This document shows positions 26,930-39,934 of a stretch of DNA of 64,000 bases, piece after piece. Location of the stretch: assembly GCF_030144855.1 (NCBI RefSeq), contig NC_082713.1:140616001-140680000 (forward strand). The letters are read 5' to 3'. The notes under the pieces were generated by a model, which did no database searches, had not been told where the DNA came from, and worked only from the letters and a program-made list of their open reading frames with translations. Each line of letters begins with the position of its first letter. Position 1 is the stretch's first letter. The translations under genes were made by a program, and so were the position numbers. The DNA comes from Hypanus sabinus (Eukaryota).

Positions 26930-28890
26930 CACTGCATCCCTTCTCTACAAGCTTATCACATTCTACACGTTTCCAACAGAAGGGGATTAGAGTGTCACCA
27001 TCCATCCTGACCATCTCCAATGCACCCGGGCTCATCATCACCATTACGGACACAAGATCATTTGTCCAGAGAATAAGCCTGTTGAAAGTGGCTGGCTCAG
27101 AATGTGTCTCTGACCATGCCTTTAGATCCTACAGAGAAGAGCTGGCAAGGCTATTTGCAGAAATTTTTAACTTCTGCCCACTTCAATCTGAGGTTCCTAC
27201 TTGCTTTAATATTACCACCATCATCCAGGTATCTAAGAAAAACAAGGTAATGTGCCTTAAAGGCTACTGCCCAGTAGCTCTGAGAAACTGGTCAGTAACA
27301 TGAGAGGACAGAGTTTTAAGGTGCTTGGAAGTACGTACAGAGGATACGTCAGAGGTAAGTTTTTTTTACACAGAGAGTGGTGAGTGTGTGGAATGGGCTG
27401 TTGGCAATGGTGGTGGAGGCAGAGGGTCCTGGATAGGTACACGGAGCTTAGAAAAATAGAGGGCTGTGGGTAATCAGAGGTAATTTCCAAAGTAAGTACA
27501 TGTTCGGCACAGCATTGTGAGCTGAAGGGCCTGTATTATGCTATAGGTTTTCTATGTTTCTATGGTCATGACACACATTAACTTCAGCCTCCCAGACAAC
27601 CTTGATCCACTGCAATTTGCCTCTAACCAAACTATATCTATGGTAGATGTTATTTCCCTAGCGCCATACTCATTTTTAAAGCATCTGAACAGTGATGACT
27701 TATATGTTAGGTGGCTGTTTATTGATTACAGTTCTGCATTCAAATATTCCAAGCAAACTCATGTCTAGACTCCTTAACCTGAAATTCTACACCACCATTT
27801 GCAACTGGATTGACCCCCTCCACCCCCTCCCACCGACAACAGACTGCAATCAGTAAGGATTAGCAGCAATACTTCCACCATGATTATTCCGAACATCGGC
27901 ACCTCACATGGCTGTGCCTTTAACCCACTACTCTGCTCCCTATATACTCACGACTGTGTGGCCTGAATCTATCACCATCTACAGGTTTGCAAATGATACC
28001 ACTATAGTGGGCCCCATCTCAAATAATGATCAATCTGAGTACAGGAAGGAAATGGCCTAGTGACATGGAGTCATAATAACAATCATTCCCTCAGTGATAG
28101 CAAAACAAATGAGCTGGTCATTGTCTTCAGGAAGGAGGTCACTGCATATGCCTCTGTTTACATCAAAGGTGCTGAGGCCAAGAGGGTTGAGAGTTTCAAG
28201 TTCCTAAGAATAAACATCACCAGTAGCTTGTCCTTGTCCAACCATGTGGTTGCCACAGCCAAGAAAGCTCACAAGTGTCTCTACTTCCTCAGAAGACTAA
28301 AAAAATTTGCATGCCTGCTTTGACCCTCACCAATTTTTTTCAATCTACCACTGAAACCATCCTATCTGGGTGCGCTGTGGTTTAATATGGCAACTGCTCT
28401 GCCTGTAATTGCAAAAAACTTCAGGAAGTTGTGGACACAGCTCAACACATCACAGAAACCAGCCTCACCTCTGTAGGCTCTGTCTACACTTCTTGCTGCC
28501 TCGGTAAAGCAGCTAGCATAATCAAAGATCCCACTCATCACATTCTCTCTTTTCCCTCCTCCCATTAGGCAGAAGATACAAAGGAATGAAAGCATGCACC
28601 ACCAGACTCAAGGATAGCTTCTATCTGCTATAATTAAGACTATTGAATGGTTCTGTATTATGATAAGATGGATTCTAGACCTCACAATCTACCATGTTCT
28701 GACCTTGTACTGTATTAATCTACCTGCATTGCACTTTCCCTGTAGTGTAACACTTCATTCTGCACTCTTCTATTTTATCTTATACAACCTCAATGCATTG
28801 TTGTAATGAATTGGACTTTATGGACGATATGTAAGACACGTTTTTCACAGTACCTCAGTACATGTAACAACAATAAACCAATTTTCCAAT
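26930..28890 (+). mobile_element. Degraded Rex1/Babar-type LINE with a nested CR1 3' fragment (about 27285-27563)
   Basis: EVPTCF...YCPVAL, LDPLQFA, LFIDYSSAF, KKAHKCLYFLRRLKKF; the nested piece ends in tttctatgtttctatg. Confidence 0.75.
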
Positions 28891-28989
28891 TTAGAACTCT
28901 CTCAATGTTTTTGGCATGATAGCTAAAGGAATTGGATCAAATTGGAGAAATTAACCTTATTAACCATTCTACACCAAACATATTAGGAT

Positions 28990-29600
28990 GACACAATGGT
29001 GCTGCGTATGGTATAGGTGTCTCAGAGCTCCAGAAACCAGGCTAACACCTAAACCCCAAAGTGGAGTTGCACTTTCTTCCCAAATGCTCCAGTTCCCTCC
29101 CACATCTGAAAGACATGCTGGTTGTTGGGTTAGTTTGGCTACTGTAGATTTACCTTAGTTCAGATAGCTGGTAGAAGAATTAAGAGTGTACTAACAAACA
29201 TTTGTAAAAGAATAAGTGGGGGAATGGATTTATTCAGATAAGCCTATAGAGTAGATGAACTAAACAGCCTCTTGCTATGTTTTAAGAGGTATCACAGTAG
29301 CACAACTAACTATTGGAGCTGCCACTTCAAAGCTTGAGTTCAATCATCACTCTAATGTCATCTGTATGGAGAGGGCATGTTCTCCCTGTGGCTGTGTGGG
29401 CATCCTGAGTACTTGAGTTTCCTCCCAAAGCCATGCAGATTGGTAGATTAAAGGGTCACTGTAAATGACCAAGACTGTAGGTAAGTGGTAGAATCAGAGG
29501 AAGTTGATAGGGATGTGGGAAAAATAAAATGGGATTAATGTAGGATTAACTTGGTATTCAATGTGGGGTTGATGGGGCAAAACTGTTTCCGTACTTTTGA
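28990..29600 (+). mobile_element. Two degraded SINE copies
   Basis: Both contain a (t)tcc(c)tcccaca/aaagc core similar to the 1849-2130 copy. Confidence 0.45.
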
Positions 29601-29717
29601 ATCTATTACACTGATTTTAAAAATAATATTGTTCCTGTTTGTTTCTCTACTAATGCAAGAAGAAACCAGCCAGTCTTTGAATTTTCAGAACTTTAGATGC
29701 AGACTTAAATCACTCAC

Positions 29718-29884
29718 CGTTCTTTGTGGTTCTTACATAGTAGCATGTTCTGACAATCCATTTCTTTCCGTAGCTGCCGCTGTACTCGCTGTTGGTGCCG
29801 TTCAAGAAGCACAGAGGCTCGGGCATCATTGATCCGTAGCCTGTCCCATTCCGCATTACGCTGACGTTCCTCTTCCTCCAGTCT
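29718..29884 (-). CDS. RIBC2: RIBC2 coding exon 6 (167 nt)
   Basis: Manually translated RLEEEERQRNAEWDRLRINDARASVLLERHQQRVQRQLRKEMDCQNMLLCKNHKE; donor CG|GTGAGT. Confidence 0.9.
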
Positions 29885-32439
29885 CTATGTATAGACAAGT
29901 TATTTTCTTTTCAGTAACTTCCAGTTTTATTTCTCAGTGCAGTTGTGTTAATGTGATTTTAATTTTTGATATTAATAGTTACTAAATAGAAAAAAAAGTG
30001 ATTGGATTTTTTGTATTTACCTGCATTTTATTTCATGCGTCCATCAGAAAGAGCATTAGATTCAAGACTCGATTATTTATCCCAGCCACATCAAACTATA
30101 CAATGAAATGCTTTGTGTTTACAACCAACACTGACACTAATTAATTCATCATTAATTTAGTATTCCAAATTATTAATTCATTAATTCAGCCTTTATTCTT
30201 CAGCACAAAAAAATTGATGCCTGCTTTCAGATACCTGCGATTTGTTGAATTTCATAATTATACAGTAGTCACCTAATGCAGCAGCATAAAAAATATTAGA
30301 AAGACTGTACTATGGAAACAAATTTTTAATAATCTGCCTTTGCAAAGTTACAAGCTTAATGAGCTAAGATACAGAATTTACATCAGAATGTCCCTAATCA
30401 TAGAAGTTAGCATTTTGTATGAAAATGTGCTTTTTGTTCCAATTGTATTCTTTCTTGTAAACTTTGTGTTTAATTTATGTTTTTATTTTGAATGCTGCTT
30501 ATATGATGCTACGTGCCTGTGACACTGTAACAAGTTAACTTGCCACCTGCGCACACATGGACTTGTGCATATGACCCTAAATTCTATTTTGACTTTTGAT
30601 TTCGAAGATAAAACCAAAGCTAATTAATTCATCTTGCTTTATTCAGATTACAAATATATGGTATGACCTCCAATTCAACTCATCCACTTAAATGGTTCTA
30701 TTGAAAAAGGAAAAAGTAATAGCTAATCAATTCAAGGATCACTTAAAGGCAATAAAAACATGCTCTAATGTATTATAATGAACTTGAGATTCAAAATACG
30801 GTGGAATCTTGAAATTTGTGCGCAGCAATATCATGCAAGTTCTTATGGGAAGTTTTTTTGTTGTTGTACATTCACAGCAATATATAAGTAATATATATTA
30901 CATGAACAGTCAAATATTCCACAGGCCAATGACTCTCTTGGTGCAGATAAAAAAAATCTCAATATACGCTCAGCTCTTTACTTATGTATCTTGTACAATA
31001 ATCTCATTTTCTATAAAAGCCAATTCAAATACTAATTCACTAATCCAGTGGGTATCATATGAACACATCTTCAACCCAGCTGATCAATCCTTCCAATGTG
31101 GATGTCTTGCACTATGCGTGAAAGCTAGAACTAAGTTCTGGATTGTAGATGGCATACTTGGAAACTCTTTGGATTCAACCCACTGTCTTTGGTAACCCAC
31201 AACATTTAATAAGGTATTAGGATCCAGATGAACTCAGGGCCCAAGTCTTTCTTCACTTTGTTTCACAGGTAGACATGCACTAAAGAAATATTCTCACTCT
31301 AAAACTGGAGACTCCAAACGCAAATTTGTGTGTGCTGTAGTGTTTCTGTGTAATATTTTTATTAAAAAGACACCAAGATTGGAAGGCTGGAATCACATCA
31401 AACTTGCTTAATCAAGTCCAAAACTGGCTTGATAAAACCAGGGTAATTATTTGTGCTTTTACTTGTCCTGACAGTTTACTGGAGAATGATGTGTGGTAAA
31501 ATTTTTCTTTTAATTTCTGGAGCTAAATATCTGTAGGAATAGCAAATGCTGACATTGCTGAGGTAGTAACAGAACATCTAGAAAATCATTGAGTTAATAT
31601 GGTTTTATGAAAGGGAATATGGTTGACAAATTTACTCGAGTTCTTTGTGGATGCAATTATCAAGGTGAATAACAGATTAAATTCACTTGGCACTTAATAA
31701 GACACCAGATAAGGGTGCGTAGGTTAGGAGTAATATACTGGCATAGACACTACAAAATATCTAGTGAGACCTGGTGATCACGGTATGTAAAACAGTAAAA
31801 GTTAGCTTGCTGGTACAGCAAGAATTAGGGAGATAAATGGAATTCCGGCCTTTATTGAAAGAGACATAGCATATAAAAGTAACAAATTTTGATGCAACAC
31901 CACAAGAATGCTGATGTGATTAGATCTAGAGTACTGTTTATAGTTTCCATCTCCATTTTTGTGGAAGATTCTGCTTATACCGTAGGCAGTGCAGAGAAGG
32001 GGCATGAGGTTTATTACTGAGATGAAAGGATTAGTGTATCAAGAAGACTGGGGCATATATAGTACACATAAATGAAGTGATCTTATTTAAATATATAAGA
32101 TTCAGAAGGGAGTGACAGGGTAGATACTGAGAAGATTTTCCCCAAATGCAGGTATCCGAGAGCAGGTGCTAAAAGGGGTAGCAGAGATAAGGAGAAATTT
32201 CATTTCTCAGAGAGAACTGATCCTTTGTAATTCTCCACCTTAAAGAGCTGTGGAGGATAAATGATGGACAATATTCAAAACAGAGAAACAAACCATATTT
32301 CCTTCAGCCAGATTTTTATTGAGTGACATGTACGATGCTGGAAGAACTCAGACAGTCAAGAGCATTAATGGAGGAAAATGGACAATTGATGAAACTATTC
32401 ACCTGAACTTGATCAGATCTGGATTTCGTCTGCCTAGAT

Positions 32440-32519
32440 CAGGGGTTCCCAATCTGGGGTCCACAGACTCCTCAATTAATGGTAAGGGTCCATTGTATAA
32501 AATAAGTTGGGAACCTCTG
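32440..32519. mobile_element. 80-bp hAT-type MITE
   Basis: TIRs CAGGGGTTCCCAA / TTGGGAACCTCTG; TSD not recognisable. Confidence 0.6.
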
Positions 32520-32790
32520 TTGTCAACTTAAAATGCTGAATATTCATTTGATGCTATCTGACCCACTGAGTTTGTCCACTACGTCGAGTGTCACTCCAAA
32601 TTTCATCTGCTTTCTCATGTCCAGATTCTTATTGAATGTTAGAACAGATTCAAGGGTTCCACTTGCCTACACTTGCTTATGTTTGCATATTTAACTCACT
32701 AAAATAAATATAAAGGAATATGTGGAGAAAACTGCAGCTAGGGTCCAATACTTAAGTGTTGAATGCTGTAACCAAACATATGTACCTTAT

Positions 32791-34361
32791 CAAGCAACAC
32801 ACACAAAATGCTGGTGGAACGCGGCAGGCCAAGCAGCATCTACAGGGGGAAGCGCTGTCGACGTTTCAGGCTGTGACCCTTCGTCATGACTAACTGAAAG
32901 GAAAGATAGTAAGAGATTTGAAAGTAGAAGGGGGAGAGGAAAATGTGAAAAGATAGGAGAAGACCGGAGGGGGTGGGGTGAAGATGAGAGACGGACAGGT
33001 GATTGGCAAGAGGGATACAGAGCGAGAGAAGGGAAAGAATCATATGATGGGAGGCCTATGGAGAAAGAAAGGGGAAGGGGAGCATCAGAGGTAGATGGAG
33101 AACAGGCAGAGTGATGGACAGAGAGAGAAAAAAAACAAATATATCAGGGATGGGGTAAGAAGGGGAGGGGCATTAATGGAAGTTAGAGAAGTCAATGTTC
33201 ATGCCATCAGGTTGGAGGCTACCCAGCCGGTATATAAGGTGTTGTTCCTCTAACCTGAGGGTGGTTTCATCTTGACAGTAGAGGAGGCCATGGATAGACA
33301 TATCATAATGGGAATGGGATGTGGAATTAAAATGTGTGGCCACAGGGAGATCCTGCTTTCTCTGGTGGACAGAGGTTAGGTGTTCAGCAAAACGGTCTCC
33401 CAGTCTGTGTCGGGTGTCACTAATAAATAAAAGGCCATACCAGGAGCACCGGACGTAGTATACCACACCAGCCGACTCACAGGTGAAGTGTCGCCTCACC
33501 TGGAAGGACTGTCTGGGGCCCTGAATGGTGGTGAGGGAGGAAGTGTAAGGACAGGTGTAGCACTTGTTCCGCTTGCAAGGATAAGTGCCAGGAGGGAGAT
33601 CGGTGGGAAGGGATGGGGGGGATGAATGGACAAGGGAGTTGCGTAGGGAGTGATCCTTGCGGAAAGCAGAAATGGGGGGGGGGGGGAGAGGGAAAGATGT
33701 GCTTGGTAGTGGGATCCCGTTGGAGGTGGTGGAAGTTGCGGAGAATTATACATTGGATCCAGGGGCTGGTGGGATGGTAGGTGAGGATGAGGGGAACCCT
33801 ATCCCAAGTGGGGCAGTGGGCGGATGGGGTGAGGGCAGATGTGCAGGAAATACATGGATAAACATATCAGAATGGGAATGGACATGGATAGGTTGGGTAG
33901 CCTCCAACCTGATGGCATGAACATTGACTTCTCTAACTTCCGTTAATGCCCCTCCCCTTCTTACCCTATCTGATATATTTGTTTTTTTTTCTCTCTCTGC
34001 CCATCACTCTGCCTATTCTCCATTTCCCTCTGGTGCTCCCCCCCACCTTTCTTTCTCCCTGGGCCTCCCATCCCATGATCTTTTCCCTTCTCTAGCTCTG
34101 TATCCCTTTTGCCAATCACCTTTCCAGCTCTTAGCTTCACCCCACCCCCTCCGGTCTTCTCCTATCATTTCGCATTTTCCCCTCCCCCTCCTACTTTCAA
34201 ATCTCTTACTATCTTTCCTTTCAGTTAGTCCTGAAGAAGGGTCTCGGCCTGAAACGTCGACAGCGCTTTTCCCTATAGATGCTGCCTGGCCTGCTGCGTT
34301 CCACCAGCATTTTGTGTGTGTTGCTTGAATTTCCAGTGTCTGCAGATTTGTTTGTGTTTGT
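32791..34361 (-). mobile_element. Penelope-like element (GIY-YIG remnant) with an inverted terminal arm
   Basis: ORF 33173-33499 FTCESAGVVYYVRC...TRHRLGDRFAEHL...PVATHFN; 33890-34361 is an inverted copy of the 3' part; degenerate TSD CATATGTACCTT / CATATTTACCTT. Confidence 0.85.
34226..34263 (+). ncRNA. Minimal type I hammerhead ribozyme motif in the PLE arm
   Basis: gtc-CTGAAGA-AGG(gtctcgg)CCT-GAAA-CGTC-gac: intact core boxes, short helix II, palindromic ACGT helix III, GUC cleavage triplet ending at 34258. Confidence 0.7.
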
Positions 34362-35059
34362 CATATTTACCTTTTCTTTTACTTTCCAATTAACATCAAC
34401 AAGAATCATATAGGAATTCAGATATCAACAAATTTTATGAGAAGCAGTAAAATCTCAGCTTTGTATGTGAAAAGGTACAGCATTTGCAAACTTCAGTGAG
34501 TCTGTACACAAGGTACATCCCATTACACAACAAAGTAGCAATTGGTACAGTTAACTCAAATGTAGCAAATTATAAGGTAGGCATTAACATGGACTAATAG
34601 ATACGGAAAAGTACTAGGTTTGGATAAACTCTCCATAAACTCAAGATTATTTTTGTAACTGCAAGCATACCAATAAATTACTGTGTACACAAGGATCTTA
34701 TCAGAACTGAACTTTTTTTCCACTTAGTCTTTTTTTTAAGGACAGATTTCATACATGGGTTGATTACATGATATTGAAGTAAAGGAAAGAGGGTGCAGAA
34801 CAAAATCATAAATAATTGTGGACATATTGTTGATAAAAGTATTCTAAATTGAATATTATATTTATATCGATAAATCAAAGAATATTTTCTTTAAATTTGA
34901 ATCCTCAAATTATATTGATTAAATCATTTTAATTACTTTGTGGCTGGATCTGAAATATTGTTTTAAATTCTATTAAACCATGTATCTTTAGAGTAATACA
35001 ATTATTCATCTTGATCACAAAAAGTTATCTATATTTAATATATCAATCTATACTGTAAA

Positions 35060-37890
35060 CTTCAAAGTAAATTTATTATCAAAAACATATATATCACCAT
35101 ATACATACAACCCTGAGATTCATCTTCTTCCAGGAGTTGTGGAACAGGTGAGTGAAGTTATCCTGTCTGGTCCAAGAGCCTGATGGTTGAAAGGTAATAA
35201 CTGCTCCTGAACCTAGTGTAGTGGGCCCTGAAGCTCCTGTACCTTATTCCTGATGGCAGCAGTGAGGAGACAGTATGGTCTGGGTGGTGGGAGTCCTTGA
35301 TTTCACATTTTAAATCATATGCCAGTGATATTAAACCTAATTCTGATTATGAATGCTGTTTTGGTGGGGAGGACTTTACCTGCGATGGACAGGGCCGTAA
35401 CCACTACTTTTTACAGGATTTCCCATTCAAGGAGATTGGTGTTTCCATACCAGGCCTTGATGCAATCAGTCAATATACAGTCCACCACACATCTATAAAA
35501 GTTTGTCAAAGTTCTAAATGTCACGCCAAATCTTCATAAACTTGTAAGGAAGTAGAAGCGCTGCCATGCTTTTTTTGTAATTGCACTTACGTGCTAGGCC
35601 CAGGACAGATCCCCTGAAATGATAACACTAAGGAATTTAAAGTTACTGATCCGCTCCACCTCAGATCTCACATTGAGGACTGGCTCATGAACTTCAGTTT
35701 CCTACCGCTAAAGTCAATATCAGCTCCTTGGTCTTGCTGACATTGAGTGAGAGGTTGTTGTTGTGACACTACTCAGCTAGATTTTTAATCTCCCTTCTAT
35801 ATGCTGAATTGTTACCACCTTTGATTCAGCCAACAGCAGCAGCATCAACAGAAACTTAAATATGGAATTTGTGCTATTCTTAGCCACATAGACATAAGTA
35901 TAAAGCGAATAGAGCAGAGGGTTAAGTATGCAACTTTGTGGTGGACCTGTGCTGATGAAGATTGTGGAGGAGATGTTGTTGCCAATCTGAACTGATTACA
36001 GTCTGCATGTGAGGAATTTGAGGATCCAATCGCACAAGGAGGTATTGAAGTCAAGGTCTTGAAGCGTATTGATTAGTTTTCAACACCGAGCTGTAGTCAA
36101 TAAAGAGAATCCTCATGTATGCAGCTTTGTTGTCCTGATGTTCCAGAGTTCAGTGAAGAATCATTGAGATGGCACCTGCTATGGACCTGATGCTCCAGTA
36201 AGCAAATAGGAGCGGATCAAGTTGCTTCTCAGGCAAGAGTTGATATGTTTCATCACCAACCTCTCAAAACACTTAATCACTGTGGATGTAAGTGCTACTG
36301 GACAATAGTCAGTGAGGCAGGTTGCCACGTTATTCTTAGGCACCGGTATAACTGAAGCCAGCTTGAAGCAAGTGGGCACTTCAGACTGCCAAAGTGGGAG
36401 ATTAAAGCAGCTTATCAGCTCAGGTCTTTAGTACTAGCGAGTTACCCAATCTGGACTAGTTGCTTTCTGTGAGTTCACCCTCCTGAAGGATGCTCTCATG
36501 TCAGCCTCAGAGGCTGAATTCACAGGGTCATCAGGGGTTATGGGCGTTCATGAAGGTTCCTCCATGTTTTGACAGTCAAAGCAAGCATGCAAGGCATTGA
36601 GCTCATCTGGGAGCGAAACCTTGTTGATACCTATGCCACTTGGTTTCACTTTGTAAGAGGTAATAACATTCAAGCCTTGCTTCAGCTGTCAAGCATCCTT
36701 CAGTAATTAAAATTTGGTCTGGACTTGCCACTTCACAAGAAAAATGGCTTTCCGGAGATTGTAAGTGGACTCTTGTATTTTACTTCGTCACCAGACCTGA
36801 ACGCCAATGATCTGGCCCTCAGCAGATTGCAGATCTCGTGGGTTCATGCAGGGCTTCTGGTTGGAGAAAGATACGGAATGATTTTGTGGGGACACACCTG
36901 TCTACATACTGCTTCTATAAAGTCCATGAAAAACATGGTGTATTCATTCAGGTCGTCTAATGAGTCCTTGAACGTGGCCCAGGCCACTGACCTGAAGTAA
37001 TCCCGTTGCCACTCCTCCGCCTCCCTTGACCACCTCTTTGTTACCCTTATCTCTGGAACCTTGCTATTTAGCCTCTGCCCATATGCAGGTAGGAGAAGGA
37101 CAGCCAAATGATCAGATTTCCCGAAATGCGGTCTTGGCCTGAAACAATAGGCATTCCTTCTCATGGTATAGCAGTGGTCGAGTGTGTTGGAACCCCTGGT
37201 GCTGCAGGTTACATGCTGATGATAGAAGGGCAGAGGTATCACAAGTGCGTCAGTTTTTGGTGTTATATAAACTGTGGTCAGGATCACAGAGGAGAACTTT
37301 CTCGGTAAGTAGAAAAATCAGTACCTAATCATTAGATGTTCCAGGAAGATTACAACAAGACCGCCACATCCAAGTACCACAGTAAGTTTATAATGAAATA
37401 CAGACTTCCATCTTTTGCCTTCTCTGAATCAGCAGTGCATTCAATCCTGTATATTAAGAAGCCTTCGGAACTTACTGACATATCCAGCATGTTTGAAGTG
37501 AGCCATGTCTCTGAGCAACATAGAACACAGCAAATCCTCTGATATAGCTCTCTTGCCTTTAGGTCCTCAGTCTTGTTCTTCAGCGACTGCATATTTCCTA
37601 ACAAGATGCTGGGTAAAGGAATTTTCATTGCTTGGCATTTCAGTATGGCTTGCAGTCCTCCCCTCCTCCCTCTTCTTGCCACTTAAAGGTGCTGTATCTG
37701 CACACTTGAGAGTTAAGTCCACAAAGTCCTTCAGAAGATCATGAAATCGTTAGTTCATTAAGACGGTTCAAAAGTACGTTGCTTAAAGGGAAATTGCAGG
37801 CTGCAGATTGCAGGTAGAGTAATTTAGAAAAGGTATATTTAGAAGTTTTGTACGCAGCCCGCAACATGTCACCATAATTCACCAGTGCCA
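35060..37890 (-). mobile_element. Degraded near-full-length Rex1/Babar-type LINE
   Basis: LPSILLGNMQSLKNK, SETWL, NTLDHCY, GKSDHLAVLLLPAY, PVPK...DYCPVALTSTVIKCFERLV in successive broken ORFs. Confidence 0.8.
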
Positions 37891-38826
37891 ACTTGGGAGT
37901 AGGAATATAATTGGAATGTAGCACTTGAAAATGTCCCTCATTAACCAATCAAGATCTTAGCTATGCTCTAAACATGTACTGGTTGAATTGTGATATTTTT
38001 GAACTCTACTGATAAAAGTCTACAATTGATTAAAAGACTTTGATCTTCCTTACCATCAATCACACACAAAAGGAAACATAGCTAATAACTCAGCATGGTG
38101 GAACTTGTTTTTCTTTTTCTGTGTTCATTTACTACTCTTCTCATTCTACTGCATAACTGTAAGCCATCAGAGCATTCCATGAAAAATTATTCTCATATAT
38201 AACTTCTCATCATAGTCACCTACTCTAAGTTGAAAGGATATCTACTGAAAACTAGTTGAGGTATCAACCTTTTGGAAAATATCTGATTTCCCAGTACGGA
38301 AAGTTTCAATACCAATAAACTGCTTATACCAAATATTCATAAATAGATTGATATAACAGTTGTACACTTTCTGCAATTTTTGTAAAGCTCAGAATGATTT
38401 AACAATATTACTTACTGTGCTTAGTGAATGTATAGTGACATCATTTGGTGTTTACTACTGGTGGGAATATGGACAATATATTTTAAATGTTGATTCTTCT
38501 CTATTCTCGAAGATAGATGATGACACCCGAGACTATCTGATTTGGCCTGTGACTTTGAGTTACAAAGGATAGTAAAAATAATCAGAGTTTGTTAATCCCA
38601 CAAGTGACTTAATGCTGTAAAGATGTGTATCTGTCAGGCATGAAAGGCAAATTTGGCTTCATAATAAAGTATCCAGCTGCCATTCGTTATCTAGAATTAT
38701 ACACAAGGAATGATCAAACCACTGGAAATCTTCATTCACAGAAAAGGTGAACAAAATTAAGACAGTTTACAGTTAAAGCCCAGAATTGGCAATCACTAAC
38801 ATATCTTAATTGGCAATCACTAATAC

Positions 38827-39054
38827 CTTTCTCTCCTGGACTTGCTGTTTCTGTTTTTGAATGATATCATCCACTTGATCTTGTGTCATTCCTTTCCAAC
38901 GATCTACAATTACACGATTTGGTCCAAATGCACTTAATGCCTGTTTTGGATTTTCCGTTAGCAAATCACTGTGTAGGTGGTTTTCAATTTCAATTAAATT
39001 ATCTTCTTGCACATTTTGTTCTTCCAGCTTTTGCCTTGTAGCCTTTTCAGTTGC
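38827..39054 (-). CDS. RIBC2: RIBC2 coding exon 5 (228 nt)
   Basis: ATEKATRQKLEEQNVQEDNLIEIENHLHSDLLTENPKQALSAFGPNRVIVDRWKGMT...QERK contains the conserved RIB43A motif; AG/GT boundaries. Confidence 0.95.
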
Positions 39055-39419
39055 CTAAACCACAATAAAGTAAAATTTTACATTTTAGAACTTTTTAATT
39101 TCCTTTACACGAAACATGGGAGAATCATAAAGAATGACTGGCCTCCCCATTTCATTTAGTTGATCTAGCATTAAATTTGGTTGATATTATGAAATCGACA
39201 GCATCAGATATAGCCCTGAATTAGCCTAACTTCCTTTCCACCGATGTCAACAGGAAGATAAACATGGCATATTCTATGCAGCCAATTAAACTTACCCAGT
39301 TTTATATACCCCCAGCATTAATGTTACTCCTTTCAATTGCTCTCTACCACTAAAAATCTTCTTCTCTTGATGATTCTTAAGGCACATTTAGTTACTTGTG
39401 AGATTGTACTTGGAATATT

Positions 39420-39850
39420 GCGTGTAGGAAGGATGTCACTAAGCTGGAAAGGGTGCAGAAAAGATTCACAAGGATATTACTGGGTATGAACAGCCTGAGT
39501 TACAAGGAGAGGCAGGACTGGCTGTCGCCTGAAGTGGAATCTTATAGAGAAATATAAAATACATGAAGGGATTGATGAGGTAAATGGCCAGTCTTTTTCC
39601 CAGACTTAAAAACGACCCAGCAAGCAACTTTTCTCACAGATAGGGTAGTGGGTATAATGAAACAAGATGCCAGGTACTGGTTATCCATATGACCAATACC
39701 AAACATTTGAAAGCTATTTAGACAGATACATGGATAGGAAAGAGTTAGAGAGATGTCGGTCAGACACAGGTGAATGGGACTAGCTCAGTTGGCATGGACA
39801 ACTTAGGTCAAAGGACCTGTTTCTATACTGTAAAATTCTATGACTCTATG
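39420..39850 (+). mobile_element. CR1 3' fragment
   Basis: LERVQKRFTR-like sequence; tail ttctatgactctatg. Confidence 0.6.
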
Positions 39851-39934
39851 ATACAACCTCAAATTAGACTGGGGAGAAAATTGTCTTCATCAAATAACTT
39901 TTCGACTCAAAAAGAAAAGTCACTCTAGTAAGGA

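Noticed and set aside
30809-31195. 128-aa ORF antisense within RIBC2 intron 5
   Set aside because: Non-ATG start, AT-rich composition, no motif or splice support
33924-34328. 134-aa Ser/Pro/Leu-rich ORF, with similar ones at 9821-10238 and 54742-55040
   Set aside because: Pyrimidine-rich PLE terminal sequence that lacks stops by composition
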